From the NCBI GenBank assembly GCA_965112155.1, contig OZ218111.1: a stretch of 64,000 nucleotides of DNA; one strand, given 5' to 3'. A program made the position numbers and the translations under genes. The notes under the pieces were generated by a model. The model was not told the DNA's origin and made no database searches. It was given only the letters and a program-made list of their open reading frames with translations. This stretch comes from Podarcis liolepis (taxonomy: Eukaryota). Shown piece by piece: positions 1 to 12,500 of the stretch. Position 1 is the stretch's first letter. Each line of letters opens with the position of its first letter.

Positions 1-142
1 GAGGCTTTGGTGCTGCTCCTCCAAGGGATATGCATCAGCCAGTTCTCCCAGCAATACCCTAAATCTCCCACCAAAAATTGATGGCTGGAAATGACTGGAA
101 ACAGCAGGCAGTATATTCTCCCTCACTTTTCCTTATCCTCAG

Positions 143-277
143 GTGGATGTTCTGGAGTCTCAGTTCTCCCAACTTCTGCAGCAGATCAACTCCACCCGTG
201 ACTTTGAGAGCATTCGACTGGCACACGATCACTTCTTGAGCAATCTCCTAGCACAGTCCTTCATTCTGCTGAAACCA
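143..277 (+). CDS. TUBGCP4: TUBGCP4 coding exon (VDVLESQF...LLKP)
   Basis: Acceptor cctcag at 137-142, donor gtgagt at 278; 135 nt. Confidence 0.95.
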
Positions 278-2116
278 GTGAGTGATCCCCATAGCCTGTT
301 TGCCTTGTGTCCCCAGGAGAACTGGTCCTGTTCGAACAGTCCAAATGCCCATCCAGTGCAGCACTCCTAGCTCACTTCAATGCAAACATGGCAAGAAGGA
401 ACTAAAGCAAAAGCCAGACCCTTGTGAACATGGCTGTGTTGCTTGGCCATGAGCACAACCAAAGCCCTTACCTGCTAAAGTGAATAATGAAGTACAGGTC
501 TGTATAGAAAAGCAGGATAGAAAATAAATGAACTGCAACTGTGTCAGTTTGCCTTCATTATGTGTTTTTTGGGGGGGAGTGTCTTCCTGGTGACTTGGTA
601 GCATTTGGCAATCTGGAGAAGCCTGTCAAAGTCCTTCCCCAGAGCACCAGGAAAGTAGGTATGTTCATTGGTCTTGGAAACTCATGTTTAGAGCAGCTTA
701 TGATGCTTGAACAGAAATTTCAGGCTTTGGTAGCTGCTGTTCAGTGTATGAAGATTTTTGGTTTTTGTTTGATTGCATCAGCTCCATTAGACCTACTAAG
801 CAAGAAGTGAAATGGTTTGAGTAAACCAGTCCAAATAATCCTGCTGAATCTGGTCATTATCTCAGGCTGCGGAAGGGCAAGACGAGAAGCATCTGCTCTG
901 GTGAGGCCCTCCTGGACCTTCATCTCCATTCTGCTCTTTGGTTTTGCAGGCTTTCCACTGTCTGAATGAAATACTGGATCTATGCCATAGCTTCTGCTCA
1001 CTTGTCAGCCAGAACCGGGGACCATTGGATGAGCGGGGGACGGCCCAGCTGAGCATCCTGGCCAAGGTGGGCCTTGCACTTTTCTACCTGAAAAACATCG
1101 CCCAAAGCTTTTGGGTCTTCTCTCCTGTGGATGCTGTTGGAAACTCAGAGCAGCCAGCTCTCTGATGAATTCAGCATGGGGTGGGGGAGGGGGTAGGAAC
1201 ACAAGAAGTCTGGCCATTGCTCTTCCATGAAGCTCATCAGAAACAGCCTTGTCCAGGCCCTTGTGGCATACTGGCAGCAACAGCTGGGGCCTTTCCTCCT
1301 CCAGGACAGCAATTCCCAAAGGGTGAGCGATGAGGTGGGGCAGTTGCCTGGGATGCTCTCTCCCCATATGGGTTCGAGTGGCCTTCAAGTCATCTCTGTT
1401 CAGCCCTTTCTGCTAAGGCAGAGCCCTCAATTTATGGCTCATGGGTGCTGTTTACCTTTGCAGGGCTTCAGCTGTCAGTCTTCACTCCTTTTCAAGATCC
1501 TCTCCAGTGTTCACAATCACCAGATCAATTCAGACTTGGCTCAGTTGCTGTTACGTCTTGACTACAACAAATACTATACCCAGGCTGGAGGCACCTTGGG
1601 CAGGTAGGCCTTGGCGAGGGCCAGGAAATCACACAAGCCCCTTTTAGTTAGATTTGTGCTGGTGGTGGGAGGCTCTGCCTGAATGTGGACTCTTCTACAG
1701 CTAACCTTAGCCTGGGTTTCCTTGCCTTCCAGGGCTTAAGGTTTCCCAAGGACTGGGAATCTTTAATTACGCAGGCCTGTTACTAACCAGAAACACACAA
1801 GGTCTTAAGCCTATTTGAGAGCTGCTGGTGAGAGGGATGTGATTAGGCATCATCTAGACTTTCTGATGTTTCTGTTTTGGGACCCAGAAGGTGGGATATA
1901 AATGTATTTATAACCAGCTGTGTGCTATGTTAAAAAATGCAATTCAAACTTTGCACACTGTGGTCTGTAAATAATATGAAATTGGTTGTGTGTGCATCTC
2001 TAACAAGTAGTTTTGGCTACTGTGCCCATTTACAAAACCCTTCTCCCTTCTGCAGCCACAGAGCCCTTCCTCTAATTAACTGCCCCTTCTTTCTCTACAG
2101 TGTGGGATTAGAATAG
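143..2116 (+). CDS. TUBGCP4: Gamma-tubulin complex component 4, 3' part (last 4 coding exons: 143-277, 950-1066, 1464-1603, 2101-2116); 5' part lies upstream of the window
   Basis: Spliced peptide VDVLESQFSQLLQQINSTRDFESIRLAHDHFLSNLLAQSFILLKP / AFHCLNEILDLCHSFCSLVSQN... / GFSCQSSLLFKILSSVHNHQINSDLAQLLLRLDYNKYYTQAGGTLG matches the GCP4 C-terminus; GT-AG boundaries, phases consistent. Confidence 0.96.
950..1066 (+). CDS. TUBGCP4: TUBGCP4 coding exon (AFHCLNEILD...SILAK)
   Basis: ttttgcag acceptor, gtgggc donor; 117 nt. Confidence 0.95.
1464..1603 (+). CDS. TUBGCP4: TUBGCP4 coding exon (GFSCQSSLLFK...GGTLG)
   Basis: tttgcag acceptor, gtaggc donor; 140 nt, ends phase 2. Confidence 0.95.
2101..2116 (+). 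CDS. TUBGCP4: TUBGCP4 terminal coding exon (S-VGLE*), followed by 3'UTR
   Basis: Branch-point-like ctaattaac, pyrimidine tract and ctacag ending at 2100; AG|T GTG GGA TTA GAA TAG. Confidence 0.8.
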
Positions 2117-2701
2117 ACCACCAGTCTCACAATGAAGGCCGTTGCCACCTTTTCTGGGAAGCAAACCTGCTCTGGTCAGGATACATGTTCTGGCTTCTGG
2201 AGGAAGGTGCTGAGAGATATTGGGACCTCACCCTGGCACTCAGAAAGGACTCAGTGTGTGCTTCATTAAATGTGTCTCTAGTGCTGCTCTCCTTATGCTG
2301 CATGTTTTTCCGGAAGTGAAAGTGCTGCTTAGCATTGACTTTGAATTGTTTTCAAATGCTGCTGTCACTTGTCAGCGAATTTGGCTCTTTCTACTGCTAG
2401 CACTGCAAGTAAGGCTGCGAGCAAAGGAGGTTCTCTCATTGCCCTCATCATCCAGGAGCCACATTGTGCAAATCAGAGTGAGCGTTGACCTGCTCTTAAT
2501 GGGAAAGTGTGATTAACTGCAGGAAAGTTGCTTTTTTGAAAATGCAATTTCGTGTCTCTAAATACGGAAGCAGGGAGAAGATACCGAATATTTCCATTCT
2601 GGGCTGAGTCTGCCAATGAAAGTGTTCCTTCTACTTTTTTGGGGGGGGGGGGTTGGTGCAGCTTCGTTTCCTCTCACACACACGGTGAGGGAGAGGAGGA
2701 G

Positions 2702-2707
2702 AATAAA
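2702..2707 (+). terminator. Candidate TUBGCP4 polyadenylation signal
   Basis: First AATAAA I found downstream of the stop codon. Confidence 0.4.
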
Positions 2708-3222
2708 CAAGTGGTGCAAGACTGCTGGTGCCTTTCAGGTAACCTGCCCTCCTCCACCCCTATTTGTTTCATTTTCTTCTGCCATCAGCCTTATTTTTGC
2801 TTTTTTAGTTCAGCAGCAAAGGCATACCATGGAAGAACTCTAGCTAGTGCCCAATCCACTGTGTATATATATTTTTCTTATCTGAGGGGCAGGAGTCTCC
2901 ACAAGGAGATTGCCCCTCCCACTCATGAGCTGTCCTACACCAACAATGTGTAAACACCTCCACGTTTGTTGGCAGATCCTAGTCTGCATCTACATAGAGT
3001 GTAGGCTGGTATAACTGAGTAAGGAACTCTGGGGAACCCTTGAATGAGACCGTTCTTGGACCAAGGGATAAAAAGGACAGGCCATCTACAGCAATTGATG
3101 TCAGCGTATTAAATGAGCCACTTTCCCTTCTTCCCTCCACTGGCAGCTGCAAGCAATCATGCTGGGCCACTTTAGAGATGGTAAGAGGAGAAATCCTAGA
3201 TACTGCAACAAGAAAATTGACG

Positions 3223-3228
3223 TTTATT
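3223..3228 (-). terminator. Candidate TP53BP1 polyadenylation signal
   Basis: tttatt on + (AATAAA on -), about 110 nt past the TGA at 3339-3341. Confidence 0.65.
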
Positions 3229-3338
3229 ATCATAAAAGTCCAGAAGTTAAAACTATATACAGCACTTCATGCACAGTTCAAGTGACACAGACATTTAAAA
3301 CCTGGGTGACAATGACAGCCTCCACAAAGCAAAAAGGT

Positions 3339-3523
3339 TCAACTGGGGACAGAATCAAGCTGATACTTTGGGTGTTTGAATCCAACTTTCTTCCCAGCAA
3401 TGAGGCACTGGATCACCCACTCTTGGGTCACCACTGGCAGCTGTAGTGCTTCAGCACATTTCAAGAAAGCTGTTGGGCATGAAGCATCAGTCACCACGAC
3501 ATCAAACACAGCCAGACTCACAT
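3339..3523 (-). CDS. TP53BP1: TP53BP1 last exon (BRCT2 end, [13 protein letters not shown]...DSVPS*)
   Basis: Acceptor at 3524-3525, TGA at 3339-3341. Confidence 0.95.
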
Positions 3524-6500
3524 CTGTGGAAACAGAAAACAAGAATTGCCCTGTGTGGTCAAACCTTTCCTCTTGCTTGTTCACAGCACCAGGTACTTGA
3601 TCTTGCTGCCTTTGGAAAAGGATGGATGGCAGCTCCACACAAGGAAAGGGGTGAAGTAGCCAATCAATTCTTGCCCTGTCTTATCCAACTTCTCAGCAAC
3701 CCTCTGGAATCTAAGTTAAAGCCCCTCCCACACCAGGCCTCTTTTCTGCACAGGGGGATTGGTATGTCTCACTGGGCAATGGAGAGCCTCTTGCCAATAT
3801 ACCCGCCACAGAAACCAGCTGACTGCCTTCCAGGGGCTTGTACCTTTGCTCCATGAGGCAGATTCCTGCAGCTTAACAGAAGCAGCACCCCCCATCATGA
3901 GAATCTCAGACCAGAGCTCCAGGAAGTCCTGCTGCTCACTGGACACCAGAAGCACCTTCAGCTTACTGAAAGGGTTCTCACGAGAGTGCCTAGAAGGAAG
4001 CAAAGGTTAGAAGCAGCTCCACTGCAAGGGAACTGGACATGCCACCCTGTTCCACCTGCACCAGGTGGGTAAGCTGCTCATGGTCCCTCCAACATTCATG
4101 GACTTACCAGTCCAGCAACCTCTGCTCCTGCAGGCTATAACCAGCTGGCAACAAATAATTCCGGTAGTTCTGCAGCTGGTTGGCATGACAACTGTCATGG
4201 ACCCAGACGTGAGACACACAGGGGATTCCTCGGGCAAGGCACAGAAAGTAAATCCGGTTGCGGCAGTGTCTGTCTGCTATCAGGAAGCACTGGTAGGCTG
4301 CACTGCACTGGACAAAGGAAGTGGAGGCTGGGACCTGGGCTTCCATAGAAACACAAAGCCCTGGAAGAGGCTGCAGGTTCAGTATAAAACACCCAGTGTG
4401 GTCAAATGCTTATTTGACAACTAGCCAGCCAGGCTAACTGCAAAATGGAAGGCTCAATACTGGCAGAAGTAGAGAACTGAGAAATGTGCCAATGGAAGGA
4501 AAAGAGGCTCTCTCTGCCTCTACTTCAAGCAGCCCCTATCAAGATCTGTCCCATTCCAAGAAGAATCATGGCCAGGCACCTCCTTTCCTCATCCCAGGTC
4601 TTGAAAGGAGAACAAATGGCAATTCTCACTTGACAACCTGTGTGCAGGTGAAGCTGCCACCCGTCACACACCTGCCACCCTTGGACCACACCCAGAAAAG
4701 CATCAATTTCATAATTAAAAGGAAAACAGCAGCAAAGCACCAACACCCTCTCCAAATAAATCTCCACTGCCAACCTGGGTGATGCTACTTCATGCATCCC
4801 CAGCTCTGGCTCCTGACCTGGCTTTCATTGAAGTCCTCCAGGATGAAACCACCTCCAGCTTGTAGCTGCAGTCCAATGTAGTGTTTGTTGTAAGGTGTTA
4901 CCTCCAAGAAGTCTAGAAAACAGGATGAAGTTAGCAGAGTTAATTCTTTATCATAAATAGAGCACTACACCTCTTCCCTTGCAAGAGGACTGTGAAATAT
5001 TCCCACACAATCAAAATCTCAGATTTTATTTATATTTTAAAAGCTGCATGTTGACTTCTTTTAAATGCTTGCTTCTGTCAATTTTTAAGTTAGTATTTTG
5101 ATTTTTCTTTGTAAACTATGAATTTTGTTAAATAAAGAACATGAAAACAACAGCATTGAAATTCAGTTCAGAGACTAAACATGATTAGGAACAGCTATTC
5201 ACTTTAAAAATTATTCTCCACTGTTCAGTAATGTGCTCTAAGAACTGTTTTTATACTCAACAGAAAATAATACAATTGACAAGAACGTGTGTGCAGCACA
5301 GCAGCAGATTATTTAGACATTTAAAAATGCCTAGAGAAATGCAGAAAGGTCTTCACCTAGTGACAAGATGACATAAGAGATAGTAGTAACAGGTGAGGAA
5401 AGTGACCCAAAGGGGTGTGCTATTGCCAAGAAAACCTTCAAGACAGCACCCATGTAATTAAGAGAAGGAGGGGGAACCCAGAGAAGACCCTTCAGTGATG
5501 ACCTCAGTACCTGGGCTGATTCATTCAGAAGGTGGTGGTCCTTCAAAAATCCAAGCCCCTTGCTGCAAAGGGTTTTAAAAGGTAAGCACCAACACTTGGA
5601 GCCATGTTCAGAAATTGACTGTTAAGTTAGTGAAATTATTTTCTGAGCCCTAAAGCGAGCCCCAAATGGTAGCTGTAAGGAGCATGAAAGTTGTAAGAGA
5701 GATCTGCAGCTCATTCCGAAATCACCGATTTCTCTTAGAGGGCCACAAGATGGCAAACATGTTCTGCCCCACACTTGGAAATTCCTTATCTTTGGGGCTT
5801 CTAGGACCTGGAATAGCAGAAGGCATGACTGCCACCTGGTATGGCTCCTCAAGTAGCCTTCAAGGGATTTCATACTGTCATGTTGCCCAACAGCCACCTG
5901 TGATGTGCTTGCACACTGGCTGGCAAGGTGCAAGGATACAGCCAGTCTTACCAAGTCCCAGGTTCAACTATCCCCTCAATAAACTAACTTTGGAAAGTGT
6001 AGTAAGATACTGGCTTGTTGACTTCAAGTTCTTGCAGCCCCACAACTTGCCACTTCCTTAGCCCTTGTAGGCACCCCACTATCCTGCAAAGAGGACAGAA
6101 ACCGCAGCTAGCAGAATCCCTATCAGGGATCCTTGGCCAAGCTGCCTTCCTTTGGCCCCCATGTGAACAAGATGCTTAACTAGGTGGGCCCCCTTGGGTC
6201 CCTTCCTAGTTCTGCCTTTTCTGTCACCCGCTGGAGTTTCACCACCCTAAACCAGATTCAGTCAACGAGGGCCACCCCTGCCCCCAACAACCTCCCTGGA
6301 GCAATGGAGTGCTCACCTTCCTCTTCGCTGCTCACTGCAGGCTCCTGGCAACTGGAGAGTTTATCTGTGGGGTCTGCCATTGTGAGGAGAAAGGCATAGC
6401 CCAGAAAGAGAGTCTTGTTGTGGGGCATAGGCCCCCATCGGTCATCTGGTGCCGGGATATCTCCCAAGTCCACTCCACTGACAGATGGGCTCACTGCTTC

Positions 6501-9500
6501 CCTGGAACAGGCAGCCCCTGTGGAGGGAGGGAGGAAAATCAAAGTCCTGTGGCTGCCTCCTGACAGGTCAGCAGCCTCAACCTAGAATTTCTCTCATGGA
6601 GAGAGAGGGGAGCCTTGATCCTCCTGGTGCAAGAGCTCAGCTCCAGCTCCTCTGGTTTGGGAGGAAAGGCTGGAGGAGACCAAGAAGGGAAAGGCTGGTC
6701 CAGGGAGAAGAGATGCAATGCAAGGAGACATAAAACAGTCTGACCTGGCTTTGTAGGGGTTGCCCGCCGCCCTCGTTTGGCAGGGGATCTCTCCTCTTCT
6801 GAGGCAACTAGCTTCCTCTTGCTCGACAGCCTGTGCGGGGTCTGGGGGCTCTCAGGGCCCTTGCGGGTTGGTGTTGTGTTGTTGGAGGTGCTGGGGGAGC
6901 CAAGGTTGCGCCTCTTCCGCTTTCCTTCCACCAGGTTATCTAGCCCCACAAGGAGAATGTTGTTAGCTCCCACCTCTACATGCAGCAGCACCAACCCCCC
7001 CCCCACATGTTTTCTGCAGGGTAGCAGAAGGAAGTCACTTGCGCCTCTTAAAACTGAAGAGTTTACCCAAGGCCAGCACCCTGCAGCTCCTGCCCTCAAT
7101 TAAGAGGTTCCTAGGGGTTCCCATTTCTCTCGGCCAGACCCACAGGGCAGTTGCCTACAGGCTGCTTACCAAGGCTGATGTCAGCCGCCTTTGTCAGGGG
7201 CATGACGTGTTCGTAGGGGCCCAACCCAAATTGCTCTCGGAGCCGATTCCCTTGCTCTAAAGACAAGATGACTGCTCTCCGCCGGTACCACTTCCGCTGG
7301 CCCTCCTTCTCAATGCAATAGAACAGCTCCCCGGCCTCCTTCCGATGCCCCTTCACTACCCCTGCAGCCAAGGCAGAAGGCATCATAAGGGCAGCTCACA
7401 GACTGGGACCCAACTCTCCGCTACCGCCCACCCCAAACACTGCAGGTCACTTGCCAGCCAGACAAGTTACCTGCGCTGAAGTATTCGTCCTCCGAAAGGG
7501 CCGTCACCTCTGTTTCCAGGGGGAGAGGGTCGCACAGCAAGATGTCTTTGCCCGGAACATCACATTCATAGCCATCGTCAAAGCGCAGCTTATATTTGAC
7601 ACCCCCTACATCCTGTGTGATAGTCCCAGAGTAGAAGTAGCCATTCGAGGACCACTTTGCCACCACCCGGAGGCCCACAAAGCTGTTCGCAGAAGAGGAG
7701 GTGGCGGTAGAGGAAAGCTCTGTGCTGGTAGAAACCCCCAGACGCTCTTGCAAGGGGATTTCAGGGGAGATGCTGCGGTCCTGCCCCTTCAAAGGGCGAT
7801 GCATGTGGCAGTCCTCTTCTGGCAAGGCTGTGGTTGACAGATCCTCCACAGCTGGTAGGCTGGCCCTGCAGATCCAGGGAGAGAAACAGCTGGAGAAACT
7901 GCAAGGGCCTTTAGCTCTTGCTACTCCACCCCACCAGGGTCACCTCCCTCATCAGCATCAGCTGACCTTCACCACGCTACCTGGCTCCGGCCGATCGCGA
8001 TGTGAGGCGGCCCCTTCGCCCTCGTCTGCGAGGAGTTGGAGGGGCTCTGCCACTCCTCTGGTTGATCACACCTTGCGCTTCCTCCTCACACCCCCCAGGA
8101 ACTGCTGCATGATCAGGCTGGACTGGAGACTGAGGCTGGCTGCCCCCCTTCCTAGGGCTAGGAAAACCAAAGGCAGCGTTAACCTCTGCACAGCCAGCCT
8201 GCCTGCCAGCCACAATGTCCTGGAGGCCCCACACATGCTCCCAGGGTCATGGCACAGAACTGTGGGCACAAAGAATTTATCCCTTGCATTTCAAGGTAAA
8301 CAGCAAAGCCCAAATAAAGCTGCTCACAAGGCAACCCAACATGATTTGCCACATTGTTTCCCCAGTTTGAAACATCACTCAATACAACACCAACCTTCAA
8401 GTATTTAAAACCTTCTTGACATCAAAAATATTAACTCGCCAACTGTGAATAAATTCAATTCGTTTTAGAACCCATGGCCTTTTAAAAGTATAGCACAGGC
8501 TTTCAGTTTGGAAACTGGTTAAAGAATATACTGACAGTCATATTCAAAATGCAAAATGGCCTCTCTCTCTTCCACCCTGCTGCTCCCCCAAAGTGAAGCC
8601 TTCCTCAGATGTCCCTTTCCCAGAGGCCCTGCACCCACCTGAGCTTTCTGACCCCAGGGAAGGCCAAGTCTCCAGGCCCAGCTCCTTGGCAAGGTCTCCC
8701 TCCTCTCAGAAGAGTGCCTCCTTGCCCAGAACTTGTCCCACTGTGTGTGACAGACAAGGCACTGCTCCCTCCACTGGACATGCGCTGGAGGCCAGAGGCC
8801 TTGGATGAGAAGGAGCTGATGTCACCAAGGTCTCCAGAGGCAAGCGAAGAAGAGCCTCCCGTACGAGAGGGGGAGACATCCACCTCACTCTCCTGGCACT
8901 CCATGATGGGGTCCTCTCTCTCCTGAAAGAAAAGCAGGCTGGGATTCGAGGGAGGGAGGGAAGGCCAAGCCAGGTGCCAGGTAGAAGGGGAGAGATGCCC
9001 TAGGACCAGCACTTTCAGATCCCAAGAGGGATCCACCCACAGGCAAGTCACTCTCACCCAGATACATGTAGGGCAGGGCAGAGCTCCCAGAGCAGTGCTC
9101 TTCCCACAACAGAACTACTTTTTGACATTCTAAACAGGAAACTCTTTGGGTATCCATCCTGTTGATGCTCAGCTCTATCAGAGAAAGAGCCCCACCTTTT
9201 AGCCACAAGGCATTTTATTCCACTCTCCTCCACTCCACAAAATAAATACTTGCCTGTAAGGTCAGAACAGGCAAAATGATCTTCTTCTCGCTGGAGAAGG
9301 CGTGTAAATGAACAAAGTTGTAAATGAGTCAGCAATTGAGTCTCTGGCCAGATGGCTAGAGGAGAAGGAATTATATTGTTTTATTTGACCGGTGTAATTT
9401 TTTTGTAAATAATAATGATTCTCTGTTAAAGAAACTCTGCTGCAAGTCTTAAAAAGAATACAACGCAAGAGTAGATGCTCACACATCAACAACCAGCACC

Positions 9501-12500
9501 AAATAGGTAATTTGTGATCACAGTGCCTTAAGGTTCACAGGTCCAACACTCAAAGGTGCAAGATAGGGAGCAGGATTTGTGGCTCCAAAATGGCCTGGAT
9601 GCGCATGATATGGCGTGTATTCTCAAGTAGGGGACCAATATGGCAAACTCAGAGAAGCAACTGGCAAAGCACAAGAAGCCCTAGGAAACCAAGGAGAAGG
9701 AGATGGAGGCCTAGAGTCAACGAACGGGCAAGTGACTGTCCCAAGATCACCTGGGATAAGGTCAGAGATTTCCCTTTCTGAGGTTCACACACCCATCTGG
9801 CAGCACAAAGGAACAAGGGTAGGAAAAATCCTCTTTAAAAAAGCAGAAACAGTTTTCTGAATTGTCCTGGCCTTGACATCTCTCGCCTTACCTCCACTAC
9901 CTTGCGTTCCACTTCTGCCCCATCCTTGTAGTAGATGTCTGTGATGAGTCGTGTGACAACAGTTCGTACTTCGCGGATGGTGCGTATATGACGCCGGAGG
10001 GCTCTGCCTGGGGGCGGGCGAGGCAAATCAAACCCTTCCTCGTGCTGAAGAAAAGAAAAAGGCAGAAAGTTTTCAGAGATTCCTCCACAGCACACTGCTG
10101 TTTGGAATGAAAGGGGAACATCGCCGTCAGAGGAGCAGGAGACTGCATTATACAGAATTATACAGCACTGGTCAATCCAGCTCAGTACCATCTGGACACT
10201 AACAGGCAACAGCAGCACTCCACTGTTTCTTAGCTCCACTCACCTCCTGAGCTTGCTATTAGAGGCAGGAACGGCTTTCACAGAGCTGCAGATGGCACAT
10301 AAAAGGGCAACTAAAATGGCTTGGTGACAAAGAGAGGCCTCCTGCAGCACCAGAATTATCCAATACAAGCAACTGGCAGCAAATGCAGGACATGCCCCAA
10401 AATGAATCTGGACAATCATTCCCTCCTGAAATTCACTGTCACAGGACAGGGTCATCACATACACTTGCAGAAACCATTCACCTATGATGGAAATAGCTTG
10501 AGATTTCTTTGTCAGACAGCTCTGCCTGATTTGACATTTTTATTGTGATTGTGCGGTTTTCACCTATATGGCGTGTCGTGACTTATGAAATAAATGTTTA
10601 TAAATATATTTAAATATAAATCTAATACAGCCAAACCTCGGCTCCCGAAAACCCAGAAGTAACTGCTCCAGTTTTTGAACGATTTTCGGAAGCCGAACGG
10701 TCTTCCGGAACGGATTACGTTCGATAACCGAGGTTTGACTGTATTAAAATATAAACAAACAAACAAATGAAATACGCTCAGAGGCAGGATAGCAATTGCC
10801 ACCCTTGTGGGCTTCTCACTAGCAAGCATCTGGCTGATCACTATTGCGAGGGGGACTTGGTGGACCTTTGGGCTGACCAATCAAAGTGCTTCTCTTGATG
10901 AGGCTGCTTCTTCCCACCTCGCTCAGAGTTGGAAAGTCTGGGGGAGGCACATGTGGCAATAACCACCTCCCACTCTAAAAGCTGGGACCAGGAGGTAGTA
11001 GATAATCCTTCGCCCCTGCTACAGGCAGCAGCACCTCTCACCCCCCCTCCCCCTTTTCCAAGTACACGATCCGACTCCCTCTCACCTGGTTGTGCTGGGT
11101 CCCTGGCGCATGCCCAGCCCTGGCAGGCCTAGATCCATGGTCCTCTTCCACCTGCACTTTAGTGTCCTGCTGTCCAGGCCACAACCCAGCCGTGCTGGTC
11201 CCCACCTCCACCTGGCCAGTAGGCACTGTCTGTGTGGCTGCTGACGTGAATTCCGTTGGCCCTTGAAGGAACTCTGCCACAGCCTGGGTCCCCTTGCTGC
11301 TGGTGCCAGATTTTGGCGCTTGAGTTCCATCATTCCCTGCAGCCACCAGAACGGAAGCTGCCTTTTGGGGGGCCCTCTGTTCTTTTTGCTCCTGAGTTCC
11401 TGCTGTTTCAACTTCCATGGCCTCTCCCTCCTCCGCACAACCCACTGTCCGCTTAGCGCTCAAGCCAGAGTCCTGGACTGGTCCACAACCCAGGGGCACA
11501 AGCCTTCGCTGGCTCTGCCAGGTTGCAGGTGGCTCCTGCTCCTCCTGGGAACTTGGGAAATTGAACAGGTCACCCCTGAAAGCAATCAGAAAAGCATGAG
11601 AGGAGCTCTGCCAGATCACAATGAATGTCCACCCAAATCCAGTCTTCTGTCACCAGCAGGGGCAAGTCAGATGTTCCTAGGGAACCCAGAAGCAGATACA
11701 AAGGCAAAGTTCTCCCTTACTAAGAGATAAGCTGACTCTCAGCCTGCAGCCCCATTTGGAATGACTGTGTTGAGAGACCTTTTGTCCATGGCTTTGTCTA
11801 GCCTACCCATTTAAGACTAAGAGGGTCTGCGATTTGGAGTCTTCCCTTTAATCCCTGTACATAAACCATCAAGTATACAAAGATTCATATTGCACAGAGA
11901 CTGCATAGGCATATTTTTAGTTTAGGTGTATTTTTGCTGTAGTCAAGTATATCCAATGACTCAACAAGCCATGCATGCGTATGAACACACACACAGGGAC
12001 ACAGCATTCAGAAAAATATCCCGCAATCCATTGCATTTGCGTGATGCCAACTGTCCCAACAAGCTGCCTGGCTGTCCAGGAGACCTGCTCAGAAAAAGGA
12101 TCTTTCAACTGCTGGTGTTTTGTAGCCCTCACCCTGCAAGACCAGCTGCCCTGGGACAAACACTGCCCACTGAGCATGTCCTAGTTGTATCCTGCTTGCC
12201 TCACAACTGGCAATAGGCCTGGCACAAGCATATGATTCCAACAGGCAGAACTTGGGGTGGCTCAGCAAAGCAAAGACGCACCTTAGCCAGGGGAGGGATT
12301 TCCCAGGAGTATCTACTGCACACAGAGGGAAGCAGCACATGGCCTGGGATGAGTTATTAGTTCATGTGGAAGGGAAGTTGCACAGAGACAGCCCTAGAGA
12401 CAGCACCAGGGAGGCCTTCCATGGACTTGCCTGAACAGTGGACAAGGCAGCTCAGGGCGTTGAGCCTTGTCTTCTTCACGCTGTACTTCACAGACTCGAG

